Positions 12,042 to 25,646 of a DNA stretch of 64,000 nt are shown here, one piece after another. The stretch comes from Paraspadella gotoi (Eukaryota; Animalia; Chaetognatha). The stretch is taken from the NCBI GenBank assembly GCA_051294375.1, contig CM119269.1:4621098-4685097 (forward strand), read 5' to 3'. Below the pieces are notes generated by a model. That model was not told where the DNA came from. It was given only the letters and a program-made list of their open reading frames with translations, and did no database searches. Within the stretch, counting starts at the first letter, position 1. Each line of letters begins with the position of its first letter. The position numbers and the translations under genes were made by a program.

Positions 12042-13932
12042 CGCCCGAACGATCGCGAGACAGAGAGGGTGACGACCTCGCGCACAAACCGAATCCGACC
12101 GAAACCTGAAACCTTTGGCAGCAGAATTGAGGGGGGATACCTGTTCGTCCAAATTTAATAGCTCAATCAGTTCATTATGAAAACCGAAGAATCGACTCCA
12201 AACCGCGTTTTACCTCTCAAACCATAAATCAGTTTAAAAGCTGACTTGATCATTAAAGATTTCTAATGAATTACTCCAAAGCACGGATGGGCCAGTGTTC
12301 TAATCCCTTTCCCTGATCTTACACAGAAAATCCCAAACACGGAATCATTCATCCCAAACCTTCACGGCCCATTTTCACTGAGCACATCAACCTCCGTCAT
12401 CTTTCGGTAACGTCTTGTCACAGAGCGACTCACACTGCCATTTTCACACCCCGTTTTCGTGCGATTATCCCGCGTCACTTTATTTTTCAAATGATAACAC
12501 GCAGTTGGCGCTTATATCGGATTGATGCTTCCGCCCAACGCCGAGCTTTTTTTATTTTTTAATAGAAAAAAAAAAACTTTTTTTTTTGATCTGTTTGTTT
12601 GAGCCAGTGAAGCCGTTGTCGTTTCTCAAAGTTTGGAAGATTCCGGTTCATCGTTTTGAAAAGACTTTTGCAGTTTCTTTCCCTTTCAAAGTTGAGTCAA
12701 AACTCTTCGTTCTTTTTTCTGTTTCTTTTGTTTAGCGAAGGATTCGAAGGTCGCCCGAACGCCGAGAGGGACGACATAGAGGCCGAACTGCGCGACGTTG
12801 CTCAAGGATTTTTATGATTTTGTTGTCGTGTAGTCGGTTTGCCGCCAGTTTATTTTACGTCATTTGTTCAGACCGAACACCGAATGCAATTTAGTTTATT
12901 TTTTTTTTTTGCTCGGCCCGACTCGTTTGTTTTGATTAGTATTAACGCGTTATCCATGTTAAATATCTTGAAAATAAAAGGCGTGCTTGGTTGAAGGTTC
13001 CTTACTGCAAAGATTTATTTCTTTCAATTTATATTTGAAAATGAGAAATTATAATAGTTTATATTATGAGAAAAATATTGTTTATATCTTTGCGAGTCTT
13101 CAATCACTTGTGATGAAGACTCGCAAAAACTAGAGTCGAAACATGGTCATTAATAAAAATAAATTGCTATTACAACAACGAATTTTTTCGTTTCATCTCT
13201 AAATGAAAATATTAAAACAAAATAAACGTAATCATGTAAACTTTTTTCCATCAGTAACCAAATCGACAAAAATTATGATTTGACGTTTTTCAAATCGCAG
13301 CGCGTGATTTCATTTTGTTTCAGAAATCTGTTTGTTGGTGATTAAATAGTAGATGAAAATAATGATCCTTTTGTTCTAAAACTTTTATTTTATTAAAATG
13401 CGAAACGAAGCGACCGCCCCCAGGGAGAAATACCAAAAAAAAAAAATTGTGATTGATTGTCAATGATAATAATTCTCGTTTTTATAAGAGTGAAATTGAA
13501 CCAACAAATTCACGGGTGATATTCTCATTCTTCCCATTCTCCCATTCTCATCTTCCCATTCTCCCATCCTCCCAATCGTTTCACCTCAGATTTTCTCCTT
13601 CCTCCCGTTGCTTCTCTTCATTTTCATTTCCTTTCCTCTCCCGATTCCTCGTCTAAAATTTCGCGCATAACCTACGCTATTTATTCCTTACGGCCCGAAT
13701 CTTTCCTTATTTTCTTTCTTTTCTGTCCTTCTTTCTTTCATTTCGTTCTTTCATTTCTTTTTTATCTTTCTTTTCGTTCATTTCTTTCTTTTCTTTCTCT
13801 TTTCTTTTATTTCTTTCTTTCATTTCTTTTTCTTCTTTCTTCTTTTCATTTCTTTCTTTCTTTCTTTCTTTCTTTTTGTGTCTTTCTTTAGGTTTTTTTA
13901 ATTTGTTTTATACTGTTATTTTTCTTCTCTTA

Positions 13933-13979
<47 letters not shown>

Positions 13980-14862
13980 TTTCTTTCTTTTCTTTCTTTC
14001 TTTCTTTCTTTACTCTTTCTGTCTCTCTTTCATTTTTTTTTATTCTTTCATAAACTCCATCTTTTAAGTCGATTCCATAAATATTAATCCCCTGGCCTGT
14101 CTAAAGGGTCCTTGACAAAATTTTTCTCCTTCTGTTTTCCTTCTTCTTTCTTTCTTTCTTTTTTAGTTTCTTTATTTCTTTTTTAATTTTTTTTTCCCGT
14201 CTTTTTTGAACAAGATTGAACCAAAAAAAAAATATGAACAACCCGGAAAATATATCTTATTATAAAAAAAAAACCAAAATCCCAAGATTTCCCGATGGGT
14301 GGTCTTTCAGAATTCTCAACAGAAAAACCTCTTTTCACGGATGATCTGAACTCAAGTATGCTCAACAATCTGTTTGTGTTCACCATTACCCTCGTCGACG
14401 CTGGCCCAATTGAATTAAACAATTGAAATAACAATTTTCTTTTTTTTTTCACGAGGGAGGTCCGGAGGTCGGTCTCGCGTAAGAATTTCGTTAACAAGTT
14501 TTGGTTAAAAGATTAATATATCAAAAACTAAAACTTATGTACAATAATATGTCATTGTACAGAGTGAACGCTTCTCCTACTCCGATCTTACTCCTTATAC
14601 CTACCAATTTTTATGCCTTACTCGAAATTTCGCAGCACGACGCACTTTTTTTTTCTTCCTCAGAAACAAACACTCGACGAAGCATTCAAAGGATCTCTCT
14701 TCATTCCTGTCATGAATTGCCGGAGAAAAATCTTGTTACGACATCGACAAACGGGGGAAGGAAATCAAAGACCCGCATTTTATCTCTCCTCTCGCTACTC
14801 CTTCTCGCTGAAATCTCTCTCTCCTCTCTCTCTCTCTCTCGCTCTCTCTCTCTCTCTCCTCG

Positions 14863-14893
<31 letters not shown>

Positions 14894-15467
14894 CATCTCT
14901 CTCTCTCTCTTTCTGCGTCCTGCGACCTCTTACCCAATTCGCTCGCTAATCCCCAATCTCTATCACTCCTTTTCTTGCCTTTTTTTTCTCTTCACACCTC
15001 TTTTTTCCTCTTCTCCTTCTCCTCTCTCTCTCCTCATCTCTCTCTCCTACCTCTCTCTTCTCTCTCTCGGCTCTCCTCTCCTCTCTCTCTCTCTTGATAC
15101 CCAAAACCTACCCTATTTCCGATCTCATCTGTTTTTCGGACAACCATATTCTATTTTCTAATTGTCTCAGCTATCTTTTTTCTTCTTTTCTTCTTTTCTC
15201 CTCAACCTTAAATTCTTTTCTATGAACTATCCTTCCTTCGGCTACTGGCTAAAACTGTCTCCGTTCTCTCCTCCCGCTTACCTTTTATTCCATTGATAGA
15301 TAGAGCTTTGCTTTTTAAACTACTCTCTCTCCTCTGTCTCTTCTTTTTGATCTCTTCTGATTTACCTCCTCCACACCAGACGTCATCTCTCTCTCCTCTC
15401 CTCTCCTCTCTCTCCTCTCTCCTTCTCTCTCCTTCTCTCTCCTCTCCTCTTTCTCTCCTCTCATCTC

Positions 15468-15499
<32 letters not shown>

Positions 15500-18400
15500 T
15501 GTTTCTCTCTTCGAGTCTCCTTTCTCATGTCACCTTACTACACAGACCGCATCTATTCTCATTCCCTCTCTCTCCATCCCCTTCCTCTCTCTGCTCCCCC
15601 TCTCCTCCCCTCTCGCTCTTCTCTCCCTCACTCCCCTCTCTCCATCTCTCCTCTCTCTCTCTCTCTCTCCTGTTCTCTTTCTTCCGAGCTCTCTCATTTC
15701 AACCTTCCCCACAGACACGGTCTTTCTCTTCTTCTCTCTCCCTCTCCTCTCTCCTCTCTCTCTCTCTTCTCTCTCTCTCTCGTCTCTTCTCTCTCTCCTC
15801 TCCTCCCTCTGCTGCCTCTCTCGGTCCCCTTTTCGTTCAAAAAGAACTACGAGCGAAGAAAGAAAGAGGACGAATGTGTATATATATGTCTACAGGTTGG
15901 TGGGTACGAAGTTGGACCTTCTGTCCGAGAAGGACGAGGACGCGATTTGACGGACGACGACAACGACGACGACAACGACGACGACAACGACGACGGACGA
16001 CAACGACGAGGGATGACCTTCCCGGCTGAACTGGCCTGATTAATCTCCTAGGACTCCGATAACGACATTTCATCTCAAAGGCGATCGTTTTCTTCGACGC
16101 GAATTGGCAAAACGGCTGGCCGAAGCTTTTTGCCGACGCTTTGCCGACGCTCGGCTGACGAAACGCCGGAAGGCTTGCCGACATTTGGCCGACAGTGGCC
16201 GACGCCGGGCAGACGCTTGACCGATCTAGGCTTTGCCGACACTAACCAACTCAACAGAGAGAAGTCTCCTGCTATCTCTTGGTGCTCGGAAGTCAGAGAT
16301 GTATCGTAGGACTATGCATCTGGGGCTAAAAAACGTTAAAGGTCTATTCGCAAACAAAGAAGGTCGCGGTGTTGGGAAAAGAATCACTGGATTAATCTCA
16401 AGCAGGTAATTGAATGATAAAAGATGTCAGACCTAGATCATACTAATCTTGTACTCCTAGTTGTGTGTGAGCGGAAGATCACGGCAACATTAGGAAGTCC
16501 GCGGGCACAGAGCGAGATTCGAAATTCATGAGAATTATATTTGTGTTGCAAGTAAATTGTAGGGACGTTCTTTTGGCTTGTTGTTTCACTATTACACAAG
16601 TTACGCGTTCGTCAGGGCCGCGAGTAGACCTTGAATCCTTTAGTTATGATTCTTTATTTTACCTTCTCAGTAGACTGTTCCAGAAATCGAAGGGACTGGT
16701 TCTTGTGGCACGTGGATTCTACAGTCGCACAAAAGTTCCCAAGGGGAACATCCCCGGCTTTTTTAGACTCAGTTCTTGAGCTCGTTGGAGAGCATACTAT
16801 ACTTACATTTATATCCGATTTATTTACTGTAGTCAATTATTCACAAAAATGAAAACAATCAATTACAATCTCCATGAGGAAAAATGGAAGTGTTTATCCA
16901 TACAAGGTTAACCAATGCACATAAAGCAGTGTAGGACAGGAAGTAATGAGAAAAATATATTGATCCTCAAATACTAATAAAACAAGGCTCACAGATAAAT
17001 AGGATACAATATCACAAAAGGCAGACTCACTATACGAGTCAAACATGTAAAATTCAAGATTGTTATTTGGTTAGGGTTGTGCCAATGCAGATTCATCGTT
17101 TCGTTCAGAGGCACAGTACGTCTGAACTGCACTAGCTCGTTACTTCAGTTAACTCGATGTCTTCTCTCCAGAAAGATGATACTGAGACTGTCGCCGTGTT
17201 GATGCTCTCCCTTTCTTTCCAACACCGTTGGTGGACAGGCGGGTCTAATTTCGTCGTAAAACTCTTAGTCTCCTTCGTCCTCAGTCAGACCACAGAAAGG
17301 ACAAAGACGTCGGCGCGTCTTTGTTACCCCCGTCGTCGTCGTTTCCAATCCTATCTCTTATCTATTTCTCTCTCTCCTCTCTTTCAGCTCCATGGCTCTG
17401 TGACTAAATTGGATCAAAGGCAACCTTTCATATCTCCCGAAAACTCCAAGATTTATAATTAAAAACAATACTTTTATGTTCAAATACGCCAAAAACAATA
17501 TAAAAATACTTACTCACACATATCACCAACTTAAAAATCTAATCCCATAAAATCCACCTAATCAAAAATAAAAATAAACCAAACCATTATCACACAAAAA
17601 AAAAAGAAAAAAAACTCAAAGAAAAAAAACAGAAAAAACACACGAAATAAAACAAAAATTAACCAACGACATATAAAAAATATATGCATAACAATAGACG
17701 CAAATACAAGAAAAAAAAACCTCACACAAACCAAACATAAAACATAACACCGAAAAAAAATCTAATAATCCTAAACTAAGCAGATAATGTAAATCTAACC
17801 CACACAACAACACAAAACACAAATCCCATGTATAGGAAGAAAAAAAGAATAACAATAATAAACATCCTCAAATATAAATAAACATAACTCGATAAAGATT
17901 AACTCTCTCTCTCTAAGACTCCTCCTTCTCTTCCCTCTCTCTCCCTACCTCCGGTCGTCGCTGCGTCCTCTCTGCTCGCAGGTTATGTTTGTTGTTTGTG
18001 TAATTGTGTTTTTTGCGCCCGCATGGTAGTGCTACTTTTTTCACTTTTTTTCACGTTGTTAATATTTCTTTTTTATGATACACGCCCATTTGACATTTGC
18101 ATCGAAATTTGCTTTTATATCTTCTCCCCTTTTATAGTTTTCAGTCGTCTATTCTCCCTTCAGTACATCTGCTCGTAAGGCGGGCATCGGGCTCGCTAAC
18201 CAGTCACTTATACAAGTATGGAACAATCAACTATGGGCGAATTATATGCATTTAATTTTGTAAGTGGACAGAACGACGGGGCGGGACAGACCATACCAGC
18301 CGACCCAGACCCGACCCGAAAAGTGACTTATAGAGTTTGCTCCGCGAAAAGAAGTAAAAAGGAAAAAAAGAGTACTAAAAATAAAAAGACGAAAAAACCA

Positions 18401-18691
18401 TCCTGCCTGATTGCAGAGAGAGAGAAAAACAAAAAAAAAAACATTTCCTCCGGTTTTAATTGCTTTTATTGCCAAAAGTAGAGTTCGTCGATGGTTTCCA
18501 GTCGGGTATTCGACCTTACTTCCCCCCCCCCGTTCTCCTCCCCATTGGATGATGGCAATCGAAGACGAAAGGCTTTGACTCCGGCTCCATTTGCTTTTTA
18601 GGTCAGATTTCTGTATATAGCACATCCTAATTCTATAATACACTATGTCGTCTGCGGTCGCCCCACNNNNNNNNNNNNNNNNNNNNNNNNN

Positions 18692-18723
<32 letters not shown>

Positions 18724-20218
18724 TTTCTTCCCCGGAAAAGCGCTGAGCACACTTGGGCCGATTTTTGGACAACCTCATAACGTAAAACACAACTCGAAAT
18801 CTTTCAATTCTTACTCGTTATTAATTATCGTTATTGCTTTCGCTTGTCTTATATTGTATTAAATGTAATGTTAAAACTTATATACTATAAAGGATATACA
18901 TAGTATATATTTCGCGCTCTCTCTCTCTTTCTTTCTTTCCGACAGACATAATTTTTTTCCGTATAATTTTTGTAAAACTCGATGTTCTATAATGATTCAA
19001 GTGACTGACCGACCAAACTATGGCATTCATACTGACTAACGACAAATCTCGTGAGTGCTTGTACCCATCCACCGCTCACTCCTCTTTCTTCCCCCGCGAA
19101 CCGCCAAACCTCCTTCGAATTACCCAAAACCAGAAACTCTTCGTCTCTCTGTCCATTCGAGTAAACCTCTTTTGTGCGACCCGATTTAACTTCGGACTAC
19201 CTCAACCACGCTCACTCAGAAACTCTCCCTCGGCATCGTACTCGCGATATCAAAAGACATGTGTCAGCCGCGTGGTCGAATTCGCTCGATATTGGCATTC
19301 GGTCGCGAGCCAACGCCACAGCCCTGTGTACCGCTGGCGCCGGACGCGCTCAGCGATAGGCTTCTTGGCGGCGCCCTCGCCTGTCCCGCAACCGTAAGTC
19401 TCTTCGCCGCGTGATCCGAGGGAAAAGGAAAAGCACCAAAACGACAAGAGAACGCCCGTCGATTAGTTAGACCATAAAAAAATGCCTACTATACTCTCTT
19501 CTTTGCCCCTCCTATCTTCTTTACAGCTAACATCCCTCACCACCTCTCTCTCTCTCTCTCGTCTCGACGTTGTCCCACTCCTTCATCCCTCTCTCTCTCT
19601 CGCCATGCCCACTGCAATCTCTCTTCTACTCATGCGTTCTTGCCGTTTGGCCTCCATCTCCTCGATCAATAATCACGTCTTTTCTTTTCAACGTACCCGT
19701 CCGCTCTTTCAAAATTTTATCTACTCTTTCTCTCATCCTGTTCTGCTCTTCCTTTCTTTCAACTTTTTCCCGAACGCCCTAATTGTCCTTCTTTATCTTC
19801 TATCTCTCTCGCTCTTTCCTCCCCTCTACAATTTCCCTGCCATCCTACTTTCACGTCCCTTTTTAAATCTCTTTTCTCTCTCCTCGTCTCTTTCCTTTCT
19901 TTCAACTCCCTCGTCGACATCCTTAATTTTATCTTCTTCTCTCAAATCCTATTTGCCAATTCTAACGTATCTCTCTCTCACGCATCCCGTCACTTCAGCC
20001 TCCATTTCTTCTCTCCTCCTTATTTTAAACCTGCCTCATTATGCTTTAACATTTCTCTTTTTCTTTTACTCATCTTTCCTCTGTTCTTTGATCCACTCTC
20101 TCCTGTCCGTCTGCACGTCCCATCCTATAACTATCTCCTCTCTTACCTGAAAATCCGTTCCGCTATAAGGCTCCTTCTCTCTCACTTTTCTTCACTCTCT
20201 TTATTTTTCTTTCTTTCA

Positions 20219-20307
<89 letters not shown>

Positions 20308-20316
20308 CTTATCTCT

Positions 20317-21019
20317 TCAATATTCCTCTCCCATAGACGTCGCACAAACTCCTCATGACCGCCCGGATTGGATTGTGACCCATTCAGTGGTAACCGCGGG
20401 CTTCGTCGTGATGTTGTCGTCGTCGTCGTCGTCGTCAGCGTCGTGAGTCCGTTTGTCTGTCGGGGCGTGGAGCGTGGGCATTTCTTATCAATCAAGACTG
20501 GAAACTGAAAGCCTTTCCAGATAATTCCTCCTTCTCACTGATTCTGGTGATGAGAATTGCGATATAAAGAAACAACTAAGTCACAGTTAGAACTGTTGCC
20601 ATAGCAAGTGCAACAAAATTGTTGTTCTGACAGTTCGCGCTAATGTTATTTTTTGCGACTGATGTTGGTAAAAAAAACCGACGAATCTGACAACGAATGT
20701 CGCCTCGCAGTTTGAGGTTGACGTGATGAGGTCGGGTGACTAAAAGCCACCGCCTCCATTAATGTGATCATTTAAAAAAAAATTTGAACAAGCAATGTCG
20801 GATCAGCACAAGATAATTAAGCTAAATCAGCTAATTGCCCAGAAGTATGAAAAAATAGTTTATAACTTTATTTAACTTATTAAATTTATTTACCTAATGA
20901 CTTGCCTCTTTCTTTTTTTTCTTCCAAATTGTTTCCCTAAATAGCAAAATCTATTGTGTTTTTTTTTTTTTTATTTGTTGTTTATAGAAAGCTTTTTAAA
21001 TTATATTCAACTTCTTAAA

Positions 21020-21077
<58 letters not shown>

Positions 21078-21379
21078 AGATTTGAGTTGTTTGATTTGAT
21101 TTATTATGCTCAAAATGTGAATGTTTAACACAGTAACAATGTAACAGTTAATGAACCGTACATATACATGTAATGTACACATTTTAAAGAAATGTAAATA
21201 AATTAACAAAACAAAAAATACAAAGTGGACTAATTATATACATAGTTTAAATTTCAGTATTTACACATAGATCCCGTTCCTTTTTTAACGGTTCCACACT
21301 CTCTCTATCCGAATCATGATATGCTTTAGTTTTTCTTATGTTATTTAAGAGTATATATCAGAAAGAGGAAAGGAAGAAG

Positions 21380-21434
<55 letters not shown>

Positions 21435-21603
21435 CCGTGTGAACTTAATGCTGTATAGTGCGCTTATTACCTTCAAAAATGANNNNNNNNNNNNNNNNNN
21501 NNNNNNNTTTCGGCGCCACATTGTCTGGCGCGTCGTGGCTCCCTCGTCTTCGCTCGCGTTCGAGGACAAGGAAAACACCATAAAAAATCTCTTTCTGCTC
21601 TCT

Positions 21604-21651
<48 letters not shown>

Positions 21652-22048
21652 TCTCTTCTCTCTCTCTCTCTCTCTATCTCTTTCTTTCACTCCCTTTTTA
21701 TCTTTTTCTCTCTCTGTCTCTCTCTTATCTTTTCACTCCCTTTTTATCTCTATCTCCTCTCTCTTTCTCTCTCCCTCTCTTTCTTTCACTCCCTTTTTAT
21801 CTCTTTCTCTCTCTCCTCTGTCTCTTTCTTTCTTTCTTCATTCCTTTTATCTCTCTCTTTTCTCTCTCTATCTCTCTCTCTCTCTCTTCCTTCCTCTGTC
21901 TCTCTCTTATTTTACTCTCTTTCTTTCTTTCTCTTCTTTTACTCCCTCTCCCTCTGTCACTCTATCTATTCTTCTCTCTCTGTTTCTCTCTCACTTTCTT
22001 TCACTCTCTTTATTTTTCTTCTTTTCCTCTCTCTCTCTCTCTCTCTCG

Positions 22049-22094
<46 letters not shown>

Positions 22095-22797
22095 CTTCTC
22101 TCAATATTTCCTCCTCCCATAGACGTCGCACAAACTCCTCATGAGCCCCCGATTGGATTGTGACCCATCAGTGGTAACCGGGGCTTCGTCGTCGATGTTG
22201 TCGTCGTCGTCGTCGTCGTCAGCGTCGTGAGTCCGTTTGTCTGTCGGGGCGTGGAGCGTGGGCCATTTTCTATCAATCAAGACTGGAACTAAAGCCTTCC
22301 AGATAATTCCTTTCACTGATTCTGGTGATGAGAATTGGCGGATAAAGAAACAACTAAGTCACCAGTTAGAACTGTTGCCATAGCACAGTGCAACAAAATT
22401 GTTGTTCTGACAGTTCCGCTAATGTTATTTTTGCGACTGATGTTGGTAAAAAAAACCGACGAATCTGACAACGAATGTCGCCTCGCAGTTGAGGTTGACG
22501 GTGATGAGGTCGGCGTGACTTAAAGCCACCGCCTCCATTAATGTGATCATTTAAAAAAAATTTGAACAAGCAATGTCGGATCAGCACAAGATAATTAAGC
22601 TAAATCAGCTAATTGCCCAGAAGTATGAAAAAATAGTTTATAACTTTATTAACTTATTAAATTTATTTACCTAATGACTTGCCTCTTTCTTTTTTTTCTT
22701 CCAAATTGTTTCCCTAATAGCAAAATCTATTGTGTTTTTTTTTTTTTTATTTGTTGTTTATAGAAAGCTTTTTAAATTATATTCAACTTCTTAAAAG

Positions 22798-22851
<54 letters not shown>

Positions 22852-23128
22852 GATTTGATTTGAATTTGATTTTATTATGCTCAAAATGTGAATGTTTAAC
22901 ACAGTAACAATGTAACAGTTAATGAACCGTACATATACATGTATGTACACATTTTTAAAGAAATGTAAATAAATAACAAAACAAAAAATACAAAGTGGAC
23001 TAATTATATACATAGTTTAAATTTCAGTATTTAACCATAGATCCCGTTCCTTTTTTAACGTTCCACACTCTCTCTATCCGAATCATGATATGCTTTAGTT
23101 TTTCTATGTTATTTAAGATATATATCTC

Positions 23129-23178
<50 letters not shown>

Positions 23179-23235
23179 AGAGAGAGAACCCCGTGTGAAT
23201 CTTAATGCTGTATAGTGCGCTTCATTTCAAGTTAA
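20317..23235 (+). repeat. ~1.15-kb direct duplication (20317-21482 and 22101-23235) either side of an N gap
   Basis: Near-identical copies differing mostly by 1-nt indels. Contains an exon-like plus-strand segment (22122-22523). Confidence 0.85.
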
Positions 23236-23993
23236 ATCCTGGCGCCACCGCTTCCCTTTTTTTCGCGAAGAAAGAAAGAGAAAGAAAAGGGGCGAAAAAA
23301 AAAGAATCCCTCTGGTGTCGGTGGCGCGAAACTTTTATGTGGGACATAAAAACAAAACTCGCGGGTTTCGCGAGATTTGGCGCCGAATCTGCGTTGAGCG
23401 ACTAGTCGTCGTCGTCGTCGTCGTCGTCGTCGTTTCGGATCGTCTTCAGCCCGCTATTGTCGTTGTCTGAGTCATTAATTTCATGTCTGGAAATTAATAT
23501 CTATCTGTGGTTATTAAACTTGATCAATTTGACAATGAAAAAAACAATACGACAAAGTGGAAATTTGAAAAGTCACAGTCATCGACGCAGCCAGAAGTTT
23601 TAGGGTTTTCAACCGGGTACAGTGAGGTTTAAAAACGATTAGCGAATAACCGAGTCAAAAATATTTTCAGTTGATTAAAAAAGAAATTGATTTTCAAAAT
23701 TTTTTAACGACGATAAACTCCCATGAACCAAAGAATTTTTTTGTCTCTTACTTGCAACAAAGATTAATGATATCATATGAGAAACCCAGGGTAGATATTT
23801 TTATGTCTTTTTTTAACCTCGTGTCGATTAGACGCTTCCTCTATTTCCGGAAGACAACACTAACTTTCCTCTCCTCCATTATAGGAAGCTAATATTCGAA
23901 TTTTGTATTTAGGAAAAATACTTTTTGCAATGTATAATAAAGTAAATCGTATTATTATATTAGTTTATTAATTGTTTAACTTTTCGTACTCAC

Positions 23994-25038
23994 CCTTGCC
24001 GGAAGTAGATAGTCCCGCCGAGGTCTCACTTTCCCGCGGCGTCCAGGGTTCACAGCCGGAAACAAGCGCTTCACTCGATCCGCGAGCCTCGTTTTCGTCG
24101 ACGACAAAATGGCGGCGATGATCGACGATGGCGCTGCGATCGCCGGAGACGCAAATGGCGGTCGAAGAGTCGGTGGCGTCGTCGTCGTCGCCGGAAATGA
24201 CGCGAACGTGGGACGAGGACGCCGAAGACGCGACCAGGGACGAAGGATGATGAGGAGGAGGAGGGGGAGGAGGAGGAGGAGAATGAGGAAGAGGAGAACG
24301 CAGCGAGGAAAATTCGGGCGACGTCGTCTGACCCACTTCCGGGCGGAGGTGGGACGGTGGCGGTGGTGATTGTTGCTGCGGCGGCGGGTGCGGCGGCTGC
24401 GGCGGCGGCTGATGGTGAAGCGGCCTTTGCGACAAAAGACGCGTCAGGAGATCTCCGTCGGCGGTGGAATCTGTGGTGGCGGCGGAGGTGGTGACGGTGG
24501 TAGTGGCCGTGGTGGTGGCGATGACTCTGTCAGTGGCGCTACGCTCAGCGGCGGAGTCCTCACCCGCGGGTAAGTCGTAAGGTGGAAACGAAACGGATTC
24601 GACGGAACCAGAATCGAAAGAAGGCTAAACAAAACAAAAGAAAAAAACAAAAAATTGTTGTTGTTTTCTTTTGACGCTGAGTGGCCACTGGTCACTGGTC
24701 ACTGGTCACTGGTCAATGGTCACCCATTACTCGAGCTAATTAGCGTCATTCTCGAAAGAGAGATCTGTTATGAATGGGTAAATATGATGGGAAAAACCAT
24801 GGAAATGTTTATTTAAATAAATAATTAATTAATCGAAATTAGTTTATCACCTGTTTCGAAAGATCGAGAAGCGAAAAAACTGCCTCTAGTTCTTCGCGTT
24901 TCGTCGCCGACGTCGTCGTTGTTGTTGTTGTCGTTGTCAGCGCGGCAGCCGCCGTCATAGGGGTTGTCGTCGTCGTCTTCATCGTCGTCATCGTTGAAGG
25001 TGATAACATCATCGTCGTCGTCGTCATCGAAGGGCGTC
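23994..25038 (-). CDS. shn: Schnurri post-acidic region, block C (exons 24851-25038, 23994-24624)
   Basis: Open spliced frame GRPSM...REELEAVFSLLDLSKQ|PSFDSGS...STSGK. 'EAVFSLLDLS' resembles the Shn EAARxLLxLS motif after the acidic tract. Phase 1 at both ends matches blocks B2 and D. Confidence 0.75.
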
Positions 25039-25468
25039 CTGCGAAAAAATGGCAAAATGAATAATTGATTGAATTAATGAATCTGTGACTGGAGCGATTT
25101 TTTGAGAACTCGTCACCGTTCAGTGTTTACACTTGAAGAGATATCATCAAAACCAAAAGATAAATATCCTTAAATCAATGTATATAAATATTCTTATCCA
25201 CAAACCCGATACATGTCGAAACTATCATGGTGTTATTTGAAAGTGTTTAAAAGTAACATTGTAAAACGTAAGCATTGCAAATATTGTAAACATTTTTTCA
25301 ATGCCGAATGTATTCTAACAACTTTTTATCATATTTTGATACTTTGGTATAACATGACTTCTATTTTTACACGTAATTTAATAGCTTGTCTTACCTCTCT
25401 TATCCCCTTTACTTCTCTTTACTCTCTTTTTCCGCTCATCTTTTCTTTCGCTCGACTTCTCTTCGCTC

Positions 25469-25504
<36 letters not shown>

Positions 25505-25615
25505 CCTCTTTTTTTCGTCTCCGACAACTCGTTTTTTTTTCACGGTTATTTTCCCAGACATTCGACTCAGCCTTTCTTTTTCAATAACTGTCTTCTTCTT
25601 TCTTCTTTCTTCTTC

Positions 25616-25646
<31 letters not shown>

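Noticed and set aside
23400-23487. Additional shn exon
   Set aside because: Stops occur in all frames from the acceptor, it borders noisy sequence, and exon 23994 joins 35588 in phase without it.
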